Shown in pieces: positions 38,063 through 47,703 of a stretch of 64,000 nucleotides of DNA (position 1 is the first letter of the stretch; the number at the start of each line of letters is the position of its first letter). The notes below the pieces were generated by a model. The model worked only from the letters and a program-made list of their open reading frames with translations, was not told the DNA's origin and did no database searches. Location: assembly GCA_050015075.1 (NCBI GenBank), contig JBEKCB010000013.1:1-64000 (forward strand), given 5' to 3'. Made by a program: the position numbers and the translations under genes. Source of the stretch: Candidatus Brocadiia bacterium (lineage in GTDB: Bacteria; Planctomycetota; Brocadiia; CAIUPP01).

Positions 38063-38451
38063 TCCGGTGCGCTCCGCCTCTCGGGACGAACGCGCCGCGC
38101 CTCGCGGATCCGGCTGCGTCGGTTGGATACATGGCGCCGTATGAACGATCGGGCGGCGCCGGCAAATCTTACCCTGAGCGGCCCGGACAAGTCAACGTCT
38201 GGCTGCAGGCCGGCGGATATAACCATCTTAGCAGGCCATGCTTACGCGCATGATCTGCGCTGTGTACGGGAATATCAACAGAACGAAGGCGACGGTGTGG
38301 ACTTTCTTATACAAAGCCTGTCCCATTTTGCGTAAATAACGTTTCATGTCTGCACAGCCTGCATATTGTAGCGTTAAGCGACCGTCATATCGTGCGCTCA
38401 GACAGTGATATAGGACATCACTTCTCGATTTGGCCGCGTCGCGACATGGCA

Positions 38452-38467
38452 TGGTATGGCAATTGCT
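38452..38467 (+). promoter_or_regulatory. Predicted sigma54 (-24/-12) promoter of the PEP-CTERM gene
   Basis: TGGTAT-GGCAA-TTGCT (GG-N10-GC). Upstream TGT-N12-ACA motifs at 38263-38280 and 38296-38313. Confidence 0.65.
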
Positions 38468-38563
38468 AAGATTTCATTGTGCAGTTCGACTTGTCGAATC
38501 TGCGCCATCATCTGCTGGGGCTCAGCATGATGAGGAAAACGTAGATCAGAAAAAGGGCATGTC

Positions 38564-38956
38564 ATGTCTGAAAAAGCTGCGCGTAAATTGTCGGTCGTTC
38601 TTGTCGGCGCTGTCGTTCTCTTGCTGATCGGCTGCACGCCTGGTTCGAGCGGCAGCTCGAATGATCCTGCTGCGAGTTCCACCGGCGGCTCCGGCGTCAC
38701 CGCGCTCGCGACAGATCCCATTAAGGATCCGCCTCCGGGCTCCACCGGCGGTTCCGGCGGCACCACGCTCGTCGGTGATCCCGTTAATGATCCGCCTTCG
38801 GACCCCGTCAGTTTGGGCAACGGCCCGCTCGGCGGAGATCCCCCTGCCAACGATCCGCCTCCGGCCAGTCTTCCCGAACCGGCGACCGGCCTGTTGTTCC
38901 TTTGCGCGGCGGGCTCTGCGGCGTTGGCCCGATTGAGGGCGCGCAAGCGCGCCTGA
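38564..38956 (+). CDS. Small PEP-CTERM sorting-domain protein with a lipoprotein-like signal
   Basis: C-terminal LPEPATGLLFLCAAGSAALARLRARKRA, N-terminal LLLIGC and S/G/T/P/D-rich repeats. Confidence 0.88.
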   Translation: MSEKAARKLSVVLVGAVVLLLIGCTPGSSGSSNDPAASSTGGSGVTALATDPIKDPPPGSTGGSGGTTLVGDPVNDPPSDPVSLGNGPLGGDPPANDPPPASLPEPATGLLFLCAAGSAALARLRARKRA

Positions 38957-39233
38957 CGGCCGGGAGTTTTCCCGGACGACCGTTTCCCTTCCGAGATGTT
39001 TTTCGGGCAGGACTGCCCGATCTGCATCCGTGCCTGCCTTGTTCCGGCAGCGCTTCCATCTCGATGCCGTTGACACGCGGATGAAACTCTCCGATAATTG
39101 GGCGTCATTGAGGCGCCGCCGCCCCAGCCGAGGGGCGCATCGGACGAGCGGATTCCCGCCCGCTCGAAGGGCGCAGGAACGCCAGGGAGGGCCGTGCCAT
39201 CCGGCTCACCGTGAAATCAGCCCAGGAAACCGC

Positions 39234-40541
39234 GTGAGCGACGAAACGGTCACGAACCGCGCCCAGCATGCCCAGGCGCACTTCATCGCCATGGCGGTCG
39301 CGTTCTCGCTGGGGGTGTTCAACGATAACTTCTTCAAGCAGGCGGCGCTGCTGATCGCCATCGCTATCGGCCGCAGCTCGATGCAGGGCTGGGCGACGGC
39401 CATTTTTTCGCTGCCGTTCCTCCTCTTCGCCGCGCAGGCCGGCTGGCTGGCCGACCGGTTCCCGAAACGGAACATCGTCATCAGCGCGAAGGTGCTCGAA
39501 CTGGCGGCGATGATCTGCGGAGCGATCGGCATCTGCATGCCGCAGATCAACGTTACGCTCATCCTGATCATGCTCGGCGTAATGGGGTTGCAAGCCACGC
39601 TCATCAACCCCGCGCTGAACGCCTCCATCGCCGAGCTTTATCCGGCCGCCGGCGTCCTGAAGGCGAACGCGGTCCTGCGGCCGATCATCACGAGCAACGT
39701 GCTCGCCGGCGTGGCGCTGGCCGGCTTTGCGCTGGCGCGGCCCGGCGCGGCGCTCTACGGCATTCCGCGCGGGCGGCTGACCGTGGCGGTGACGGTGGTG
39801 GCTGTCGCCGTGGTCGGAGTGCTGGCCAGCCTGGGTGCGCCGCGCCGTTCGGCGGCGGCGCCCGCCCTGAAATTCCCGTGGAGCGGGCCGCTGGATACCA
39901 TCCGCGAACTCAACGCCATCCGCAAGGATTTCCTGCTGTACCTGACGATCATCGCCGACGTGTTCATCTGGTTCGCCGGCACCGTGCTGATGCTGGTGAT
40001 CAACCAAATGGGGATGTACCAATACCAGGCCGTATTCGGCGGGCGCCGGGAGTACGCGACCAGCGGGCTGGTCGTGGCGCAACTGGTCGGGTTCGCGTTC
40101 GGCGGCGGGATCAGCAGCAAGCTGGCCGCCGGCGAACGATGGCACCGCGTGCTGGTGCCGGGGGCGCTGGGCATGGCGGCGCTGATGTCCATGATGCCCT
40201 GGGTTCCGAGCCTGAGCCTTGCGATGCAGCCGGCCGCGCTGTTCGCGCTGATCTGCCTGATCGGCATCGGCGGCGGCATCGTCCTGGTTCCGTGCGAGAG
40301 CTTCATCCAGCTGCGGCCGGCGCTGGAGAAGAAAGGGGCGGTGATCGCCGCGTCGAACTTTGCGGCCTTCAGCGGAATCCTGCTTTCCGGGCCGGTGGCC
40401 AACCTGCTGAATGCGCATCTGCTCCCCACGGACAGCTTCGGCGTGATCGGGCTGCTGGCGTGGGGTGTCGGGGTGGGCGTACTGGTGGCGCTCAGACGCG
40501 GCCTGAAGCCCGTTCCGGTCTCTCCTTCGATCCGGGCGTAG
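39234..40541 (+). CDS. MFS transporter (LplT/Aas-like)
   Basis: LGVFNDNFFKQA, F.LPFLLF...AGWLADRF.K and about 12 TM helices. Start uncertain. Confidence 0.88.
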   Translation: MSDETVTNRAQHAQAHFIAMAVAFSLGVFNDNFFKQAALLIAIAIGRSSMQGWATAIFSLPFLLFAAQAGWLADRFPKRNIVISAKVLELAAMICGAIGICMPQINVTLILIMLGVMGLQATLINPALNASIAELYPAAGVLKANAVLRPIITSNVLAGVALAGFALARPGAALYGIPRGRLTVAVTVVAVAVVGVLASLGAPRRSAAAPALKFPWSGPLDTIRELNAIRKDFLLYLTIIADVFIWFAGTVLMLVINQMGMYQYQAVFGGRREYATSGLVVAQLVGFAFGGGISSKLAAGERWHRVLVPGALGMAALMSMMPWVPSLSLAMQPAALFALICLIGIGGGIVLVPCESFIQLRPALEKKGAVIAASNFAAFSGILLSGPVANLLNAHLLPTDSFGVIGLLAWGVGVGVLVALRRGLKPVPVSPSIRA

Positions 40542-40757
40542 CCAATCGGCAAGAAGCCAGGCGGGGCAGTCTTGCGGCTGCATGGCGTGTTGCCGACGCT
40601 GATTCCTTAGACATTTCTCAAGCGCAGTTGATAAAACGCCACAAGAGTGTATAGTTTTTAGGACACTGCGCTATTCGAGGAAGAGGCTCCCAAGCTGTAA
40701 AGCATTGGTATAAGGCATGTTGCGAATTCGCGCAGATTATACATTTTCGTTTTTGAG

Positions 40758-40773
40758 GGGCACAACTTTTGCT
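40758..40773 (+). promoter_or_regulatory. Predicted sigma54 promoter of the EPS operon
   Basis: GGGCAC-AACTT-TTGCT (GG-N10-GC). Upstream TGT-N12-ACA at 40648-40665. Confidence 0.65.
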
Positions 40774-40841
40774 AAGTCTGTAACTATTCAGCCGGCGCGC
40801 TGTCGGCTGATGCTCTGTTCTTTTCGGGAAAAGGGACCTTC

Positions 40842-42161
40842 TTGGCGTACGCCTCGCTGATCGCCTACGTTCTGATCCTCTTCATCCGCCCGCAGGAGTG
40901 GGTGTCGTGGATGCTGAACCTGAATATCATGGTTTTCGTGGCCGGCTTCGCGGTGTTCGCGACCCTGATAGGGATCGCCAGCAACAAGTGGCGCTTCAAG
41001 AACGCGCCGCAGAACGTGCTGGTCTTCTGGTTCTTCGTTGCCGTGCTCGTGAGCAACCTGCTGTGCTTCGAAAGTCCGTTCAATAAACGCCCTACGCTGT
41101 TCGCCTTCACGAATTTCGGGAAGGTCGTCTTCTTCTTCTTCCTCATCTCGATCAACCTCCGGACGGCAAGGCAGGTGAGAGGGTTGATCGTGGCGGTCAT
41201 CATCGGCTGCCTGTTCATGTCCATCCACGGGATATTGCAGATCCATACCGGCTCCGGGTTCGGCGCAGGCGTCAACAGCCCCTCCGCGCTGCCGCTGAAC
41301 ATGGTGTACGAGCACACGCAGCGCATCCAGGCTTTCGGTTTTTTCGCGGACCCGAACGACCTGGCGCTGGCGCTGGTGGTGGCGCTGCCGTTCGTGATCA
41401 ACGTGATTCACCGGCCGGGGTCCTCCGCTCCGGCGCGGCTGCTCTGCCTGGGGATCGCCGGCGTCCTCGGTTATGCCATTTTCCTCACCAACTCGCGCGG
41501 AGGCTGGCTGGCGCTGGCCATCACGACGATGTGCTACCTGCTGCTGAACTTCCGCATGAAGAAGATCGCGGTCGTGACGGGGATCCTGTTTACGGTCGGG
41601 CTGATGATGCTGGCGCCCGGGCGCGTCTCCTCATCCTCGATGAGCAGTCATGACGAATCCGCGCGCGGCCGCATGGTGGCGTGGACCGATGGCAACCGCA
41701 TGTTGAAGAGTTCGCCTATTTTCGGCGTCGGCTATGAACGGTTCACCGACTTCGCCGAAGGCAACCGGGTGGCGCACAATTCCTTCGTGCATTGCTACGG
41801 GGAGCTGGGCCTGTTCGGCTACTTCTTCTGGCTGGCGCTGCTGTTCGCGTCGGTGAAGGACTGTTACGCGATGGGGAAGGACCTGACTTCAGACGATCCC
41901 GAGCGGCGCGAGATGGGCCGCCTGGCCCGGGTCATGCTCGCCTCGTTCATCGGATATATAGCGGCGTCCGTGTTCCTGAGTCGAACGTACACGCCGCTGC
42001 TGTTCCTCATGTTCGGGCTGATTGCGGCGCTGCACGCCGCCTACGAGCGGCAATTCGGCGCACTCAAGGGCGGCATGATTCGGCGCGACCTGAAGTATGT
42101 CCTGCTCATCGAGTTGGCGAGCATCCCGTTCTTCTACCTGTTCCTGCGTTTCGCGCTGTGA
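40842..42161 (+). CDS. O-antigen ligase/Wzy-like membrane protein
   Basis: IRPQE, DPNDLA, T.SRGG, P.FGVG and AHNSF...GELG. Confidence 0.88.
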   Translation: MAYASLIAYVLILFIRPQEWVSWMLNLNIMVFVAGFAVFATLIGIASNKWRFKNAPQNVLVFWFFVAVLVSNLLCFESPFNKRPTLFAFTNFGKVVFFFFLISINLRTARQVRGLIVAVIIGCLFMSIHGILQIHTGSGFGAGVNSPSALPLNMVYEHTQRIQAFGFFADPNDLALALVVALPFVINVIHRPGSSAPARLLCLGIAGVLGYAIFLTNSRGGWLALAITTMCYLLLNFRMKKIAVVTGILFTVGLMMLAPGRVSSSSMSSHDESARGRMVAWTDGNRMLKSSPIFGVGYERFTDFAEGNRVAHNSFVHCYGELGLFGYFFWLALLFASVKDCYAMGKDLTSDDPERREMGRLARVMLASFIGYIAASVFLSRTYTPLLFLMFGLIAALHAAYERQFGALKGGMIRRDLKYVLLIELASIPFFYLFLRFAL

Positions 42162-42189
42162 CGAGGTCATCCTGGAGAGACGCAGTCCG

Positions 42190-43713
42190 GTGAGCGACAA
42201 ACATATCGCGGTCAGAAACGTCGCTGCGAATTGGATCGGCGCGGCCTTCACCATGATGGCCGGGTTCTTCCTGATGCCCTACACGATCCACAAGCTCGGC
42301 GACGCTGTGTACGGGCTCTGGATGCTGCTCTCCCTGTTCACCGGCAATTTCGGCGTGCTGGACCTGGGCGTCCGCGACGCCGTAGGGCGGTACATTGCGT
42401 TCCACCGCGCGCGGGGCCAGCCGGAAGAAGTCAACTCGATCCTCAGCACGGCCATGGTAATCCTGTTGACGGCCGCCTGCGTGTCCTTCCTCATCTTCCT
42501 GGTCACGCAGTTCCTGTTCTACCGGGTCTTCCAGGTCCCGCCGGGCACGGAGACCATGGCGCGGCTGGCTTTCCTGGCCATCGGGCTCAACATGGCGCTG
42601 AGGTTCCCCCTGAGCGTGTTCGACGCCACCCTCTGGGCGAACCAGCGGTTCGATCAGATCAACGCGGTCAACATCGTGACCGACCTGTTAAGGGCCGGGG
42701 CGATGTTCCTGTTCCTTTGGAGGGGATACGGCCTGGTGATGCTGACCGTGCTGACGCTGGCCAGCACGATCGCCAACGCGGGGCTCAAGGCGGTGCTCTC
42801 ATTCCGGCAGAATCCGGAAATGGTCATCCATCCCAGGTTCTTCCGCCGGAAATCGGTCCGGGAGCTGTTCAGTTTCGGCCTCTCGAGCTTCATGAACGCC
42901 ATGGGCAGCCGGCTGAGCTCGTTTCTGACGGCCGCATTTGCGGGCCACTACCTGGCGCTGGCCGCCGTCACGGGCCTGAGCATCGCGCAGAGGCTCTGCG
43001 ACTACGCCACGCAATTCGTCTGCGACGCGGCCGCCGTGCTCACGCCCATCGCGACCAAGTTCCACGCCAAGAACGACCTGGCGCGCCAGCAGAACCTGGC
43101 CGTCACGGCCGGCCGGTACATGTTCGCGCTGAGCCTGTATTTCTTCATCGGCTTCGCGTTTCTCGGCGGGCCTTTGATCGTGCGGTGGATGGGGCCCTCC
43201 TACGGCCATCTCCACGCGATCCTCGTCATCCTGGCCGCCGGCGCGCTGTTCGGAGCCGCCCAGAATGTCAGCACCAACATCATCCTGAGCATGGCCAAGC
43301 ACAGGATTCTCGCCTATGTCCGGGTCGCCGCCGCGCTGCTGCTCATCGGCACTTCCTACATGCTGCTGCAGTACGGCCTGACAGGCCTGGCGGTGGCCAA
43401 AGCCGTTTTCATCGGGGGATTCCTTCCCACGATCGGGGTCATCTACGCCTGCCATCTTCTCCACTTGCCGCTGTGGAGCTACTTCATCCGCACGCTCGTG
43501 CGGCCGACCCTGACGGCCCTGGTTCCTGCGGCGATCCTGTGGGGCATGGTGACCTTGCATCGGCCGGCGACGTGGGCCGGCATTCTGCTCATGGGCGCGG
43601 CCTATTCGGTCGTCTACGCCGCGGCCTGCGTTCACCTGGTCGGCTACCGGCAGTCCGCAGAGCTGGTCCGGGGAGTCCTGGGGCGGCGCGCTGAAGTCGG
43701 GGAGTCCGCATGA
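42190..43713 (+). CDS. Oligosaccharide flippase (Wzx)
   Basis: LGDAVYGLW..DLG and about 13 TM helices, within a polysaccharide operon. Confidence 0.88.
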   Translation: MSDKHIAVRNVAANWIGAAFTMMAGFFLMPYTIHKLGDAVYGLWMLLSLFTGNFGVLDLGVRDAVGRYIAFHRARGQPEEVNSILSTAMVILLTAACVSFLIFLVTQFLFYRVFQVPPGTETMARLAFLAIGLNMALRFPLSVFDATLWANQRFDQINAVNIVTDLLRAGAMFLFLWRGYGLVMLTVLTLASTIANAGLKAVLSFRQNPEMVIHPRFFRRKSVRELFSFGLSSFMNAMGSRLSSFLTAAFAGHYLALAAVTGLSIAQRLCDYATQFVCDAAAVLTPIATKFHAKNDLARQQNLAVTAGRYMFALSLYFFIGFAFLGGPLIVRWMGPSYGHLHAILVILAAGALFGAAQNVSTNIILSMAKHRILAYVRVAAALLLIGTSYMLLQYGLTGLAVAKAVFIGGFLPTIGVIYACHLLHLPLWSYFIRTLVRPTLTALVPAAILWGMVTLHRPATWAGILLMGAAYSVVYAAACVHLVGYRQSAELVRGVLGRRAEVGESA

Positions 43714-44897
43714 ACATCTGCTTTCACTGCTTCTCCCTGTTTCCGACCACGCTGCGCGGCGGCATTTCGTATTATGTCCTGCGCATAGCGCGCGAGCTGA
43801 CCGCGCAGGGTGAACACTCGATCCACATCCTGACCGACCATGAACCGGACGCGGACTGGACCGATCCGCCGAACGTGCGGTTGCACGTGGTCAAGGTCCG
43901 CTGGCTTCCCGTGGTCGGGCGATGGTTCCCCGGAGTGCGGGAGAGCGCTCAGATCGCGCGCGCCCTCTGGCGGGTGCACCGGCGGTATGGCATTGACGTG
44001 GTGGAGTTCCCGAACTGGGAGGCGCCCAACCTGATTTATAACTGGTGGAAGCCCGCCCCGAGCGTCACGCGCTTGTCCACCTCGTTCGCCGAGACGCGGC
44101 GGATTGACGAGCTGCAGCTCGGCCCGTCGGAGCGTTTCGCGCTCTGGAGCGAGCGCGCGGCCGCCCTCGACAGCACCGCGCTGATGACCCATACCCTGGC
44201 GCATCGCCGCACCATGGTCGCCGAACTCGGCGTGCGCGAAGAGCGGATCGGCCTCGTCCCGCACGGCATCGAAGTGCCCGAGCAGTTCCCCGAGCCGGCC
44301 GCGCGCGCGCCGGATGCGCCGCTCAAGGTCCTCTTCGTCGGGCGGCTGGAGCATCGCAAAGGGATATTCGATCTCTTGCAGGCCCTGCCGGCGGTCGTGG
44401 ACCGCGCGCCGCGTTTCGACCTGACGATCATCGGGCGGGACCGGCGGCATGCGCCCGGCGGCCGGACGTTCCGGCAGTATTTCGAGCAGGAGTTCCCGCC
44501 GGCGATGAAGGCGCGGGTGACCTTCTGCGACGTGGCCTCGGATGCGGAACTGGACAACGCCTACCGAACCACCGACCTGTTCGTGGCCCCGGCGCTGTAC
44601 GAATCCTTCGGCTTGACCTATATTGAAGCGATGCGCTACGGCAAGCCGGTGATCGGCTGCCGCGCCGGCGGAGTGCCCGAGGTGGTCAAGGACGGCGTCA
44701 CGGGCGTGCTGGTTCCGCCTTCCGATCCCGAGGAGCTTGCGAAGGCAATGATCGCCCTCCTGTCGAATGACGCGTTGCGCAATTCGATGGGACGCGAGGC
44801 GCATCGCTGGACGAAAGCGACTTACTCCATCCACCACACGGCCCGGCGCCAGGTGGAGTTCTATCGCGAAGTGATTGCGCGGGAGAATCGCCGATGA
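43710..44897 (+). CDS. Glycosyltransferase family 4
   Basis: FVGRLEHRKG and YESFGLTYIEAM. Confidence 0.92.
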   Translation: MNICFHCFSLFPTTLRGGISYYVLRIARELTAQGEHSIHILTDHEPDADWTDPPNVRLHVVKVRWLPVVGRWFPGVRESAQIARALWRVHRRYGIDVVEFPNWEAPNLIYNWWKPAPSVTRLSTSFAETRRIDELQLGPSERFALWSERAAALDSTALMTHTLAHRRTMVAELGVREERIGLVPHGIEVPEQFPEPAARAPDAPLKVLFVGRLEHRKGIFDLLQALPAVVDRAPRFDLTIIGRDRRHAPGGRTFRQYFEQEFPPAMKARVTFCDVASDAELDNAYRTTDLFVAPALYESFGLTYIEAMRYGKPVIGCRAGGVPEVVKDGVTGVLVPPSDPEELAKAMIALLSNDALRNSMGREAHRWTKATYSIHHTARRQVEFYREVIARENRR

Positions 44898-45838
44898 TCG
44901 CGGAGGCGCATCCGCTGGTCAGCGCGATCATACCCACGTACAATTACGGCCGGTTCGTCGTCGAGGCGGTGGAGAGCGCCCTGGCGCAGACCTGGTCGCC
45001 GGTGGAGGTGGTCGTCGTGGACGACGGCTCGACGGACGACACTGCGGAGCGCCTGCGGCCTTACGGCGAGCGCATCCGCTATATCCACCAGCAGAACCGC
45101 GGCCTTTCCGGCGCGCGCAACGCCGGCATCCGCGCGGCGCGCGGAGAGTACGTGGCGCTGCTGGACTCCGACGACACGTGGAAGCCGGAGAAGATCGCCG
45201 CGCAGATGTCGCTGGTCAGCGCGAAAGGCTACCCGGCCGTCGTCTGCCGGACCTCATGGCCGAAAGGCGCGGCTGAGGAACTCGGCTTCGAGGACTGCTT
45301 CTTCTCCGGCCCCGGGTTCGGCTCGACGGCGCTGATGCGCAAGTCGCTTTTCAACGAGGTCGGGGAGTTCGATGAGACCCTGCGGAGCGTCGAGGACCGC
45401 GACATGATGCTCCGCCTGACCCGTGGCCGGCGGAAGATCGGCGTGCTCGTCGGCGACTACGTGACGATCCGCCACCATCCCGGGAACATGAGCAAGAACG
45501 CCGCGACCATGGAACGCAACTTCCTGCGCGTCTTGGACAAGGCCTTCGACTGGCCCGAGGCGCGCCGCCGCTACGTCCTCAAAGCGAAGGCCCGCAGCAA
45601 TGCCTGCATGGATTGCTCCTGGGTGTATTTCGTCCAGGGAGACCGCGGGAAGGCGCTGGCCCGGCTGGTCGCATCGTTCTGCCTCTTCCCGCTCCCGGCC
45701 GGAGCGAGCTTCGGCCGGACGCGTTTCATCCGGTTGAAACTGCTGCTGCGCTACCTGCTCGGCGACCGGCGGAGCGGCGCGATGAGGGCGGCTTCCGGCG
45801 GAGCTGAATCAGATCGAGGAGGCTCGGTGCGCGGATGA
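44894..45838 (+). CDS. Glycosyltransferase family 2
   Basis: IIPTYN, VDDGSTD and LDSDD.W.P.K. Confidence 0.92.
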   Translation: MIAEAHPLVSAIIPTYNYGRFVVEAVESALAQTWSPVEVVVVDDGSTDDTAERLRPYGERIRYIHQQNRGLSGARNAGIRAARGEYVALLDSDDTWKPEKIAAQMSLVSAKGYPAVVCRTSWPKGAAEELGFEDCFFSGPGFGSTALMRKSLFNEVGEFDETLRSVEDRDMMLRLTRGRRKIGVLVGDYVTIRHHPGNMSKNAATMERNFLRVLDKAFDWPEARRRYVLKAKARSNACMDCSWVYFVQGDRGKALARLVASFCLFPLPAGASFGRTRFIRLKLLLRYLLGDRRSGAMRAASGGAESDRGGSVRG

Positions 45839-46593
45839 ACCTCGTGCAACGAATGAAGGACAAGCTGCGGAACCCTCAGACGCCGTTCACCCGGCTTCTC
45901 CGGGCCGCGGTGCTGTTCGTTTACAACTTCTCCATCCGGCCGGTGGGGCCGCTGAAATGGTTCTACTTGGCGCTGTACTACAGCGGCCACGCCGGCGCCG
46001 AGGTCTGGCGGCGGGTCATTGCCGGAATCCTGTGGAAGCCGATGTTCATAGCCCGCTGCCGCCGCGTCGGCCGGCGGCTGCAACTCGAGCAACTGCCCTA
46101 CGTCACCGGCGCCGGGATCATCGAGCTGGGCGACGATGTGCGGATCAGCGGGAAGATCGGCATCACGTTCAACGACCGGTTCGCCGAGGCGCCGCGGCTC
46201 GTCGTCGGCGACAAAACGTTCATCGGGACCGGGTGCAGTTTTTCGCTGGCCAGCCGCATCACCATCGGGCAGAGGTGCCTGCTCGCCTCTCGCGTTTCCA
46301 TTCGCGACAACGACGGCCATCCGCTGAACCCCGAGCAGCGCGGCCAGGGCCAGGCCATTCCCGCCGAGAGCGCCCGGCCGGTGACCCTCGGAGACAACGT
46401 GTGGCTGGGCCGAGGCTGTCAGATCCTGAAAGGCGTGACGATCGGGAACAACTCCGTGATCGGCATCGGTTCCCTCGTCAACAAGGATGTCCCCGCGAAC
46501 TGCGTGGCCGCCGGCACCCCCGCGAAGGTCATCCGTGAATTCAGCGGCGACACGCCGGCAGCGCGGCCGGCTCCGGACGCGGCCGAGGCATGA
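45835..46593 (+). CDS. Hexapeptide-repeat O-acyltransferase
   Basis: DNDGHP, PVTLGDNVWLG, GVTIG.NSVIG and AGTPAKVI. Confidence 0.9.
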   Translation: MNLVQRMKDKLRNPQTPFTRLLRAAVLFVYNFSIRPVGPLKWFYLALYYSGHAGAEVWRRVIAGILWKPMFIARCRRVGRRLQLEQLPYVTGAGIIELGDDVRISGKIGITFNDRFAEAPRLVVGDKTFIGTGCSFSLASRITIGQRCLLASRVSIRDNDGHPLNPEQRGQGQAIPAESARPVTLGDNVWLGRGCQILKGVTIGNNSVIGIGSLVNKDVPANCVAAGTPAKVIREFSGDTPAARPAPDAAEA

Positions 46594-46630
46594 CTCCGCC
46601 GGCGAAGGCCGCGCATGAAAGGACACGGGC

Positions 46631-47656
46631 ATGGAATTTCTGAAGCGGTCCGGCGTTCAATTGTGGAATCCCTTTGAGGTCGAGTCGCTGCCGCTGCTCG
46701 CCGCGACCTTCATGCAGGGATATCGCCATTACCCCAAGCGAAGCCTGGCGACCGCTCTTCGCAAGCGCCCGTTCCGACTGCTCTACAAGATGCTCCGTTC
46801 CGCCGGCGTCGGCGGCCGCGGCCGGGCGCTTTATCGCCGCGGCGGCCAGGTCCGGCCGTTCAGCTTCAACGCGCGCAACATTCAGTTCGAGAGCATCTAC
46901 ATGCCGCACCTCGTCGGCGCGTACGAGCCGGAAACCCTGGCGTTGCTGGACGCCCTGATCGGCGCCGGGGATGTCTTTTACGACATCGGCAGCAACTGGG
47001 GGCATTATACCCTCCACGTCGCGAGCCAGCCCGGATTCCAGGGAAAAATCCACTCCTTCGAGCCGTTCCCGGCGACCTTCAAGGACCTCGAGGAAACGGT
47101 CCGCCAGGCGGGCCTGCAGGAGATCGCGACCTGCCACAACTTCGCGCTGTCGAACGCGCGCGCCGAAAGCGCGATGACGCTGCCCGACGGCCTCCGGTCC
47201 GGCCTGGCGACTTTGAGCAATGCCGGCGGCGGCGTCCCCGTGACCACGCGCAGGCTGGACGATCTGGGGCTGCCTCCGCCGGCGGTCATGAAGGTGGACG
47301 TGGAAGGGCACGAAGCGCAGGTCTTCGAGGGCGGACGGAAACTCCTGACCGCCGCCGCGCCTTTCATCGTCTTCGAGAACCAGGCCGGCTACGAGAACCC
47401 GGCCCAGGCCGTGGAACCGTTGAATGTCCTCGAGGCGCTCGGCTATGTTTTCTTTGTGCCGGTGCTCCTCGCGCAGAAGGACGGCGTCCTCTGCGCGCTG
47501 CCTTCCGGCGTGGGCGAGCGGCGCTACGCCGCGCTGGACCTCGGCCTGTTCCGGCTCCGCAAAGAGGCCCGCTTTCTCTTCGAGGAGCAGATCAACATTC
47601 TGGCCTGCCCGGCCTCGAAGCTCGAAGAGTTCGCGCGCCGGTTCGAGCAAGCCTGA
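46631..47656 (+). CDS. FkbM-family methyltransferase
   Basis: FYDIGSNWG, FEP and KVDVEGHE. Confidence 0.9.
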   Translation: MEFLKRSGVQLWNPFEVESLPLLAATFMQGYRHYPKRSLATALRKRPFRLLYKMLRSAGVGGRGRALYRRGGQVRPFSFNARNIQFESIYMPHLVGAYEPETLALLDALIGAGDVFYDIGSNWGHYTLHVASQPGFQGKIHSFEPFPATFKDLEETVRQAGLQEIATCHNFALSNARAESAMTLPDGLRSGLATLSNAGGGVPVTTRRLDDLGLPPPAVMKVDVEGHEAQVFEGGRKLLTAAAPFIVFENQAGYENPAQAVEPLNVLEALGYVFFVPVLLAQKDGVLCALPSGVGERRYAALDLGLFRLRKEARFLFEEQINILACPASKLEEFARRFEQA

Positions 47657-47703
47657 AGGCGGGGTTTCATGTCTCGGACACCAGGGGACGAAGAGCGGCT
47701 CGA

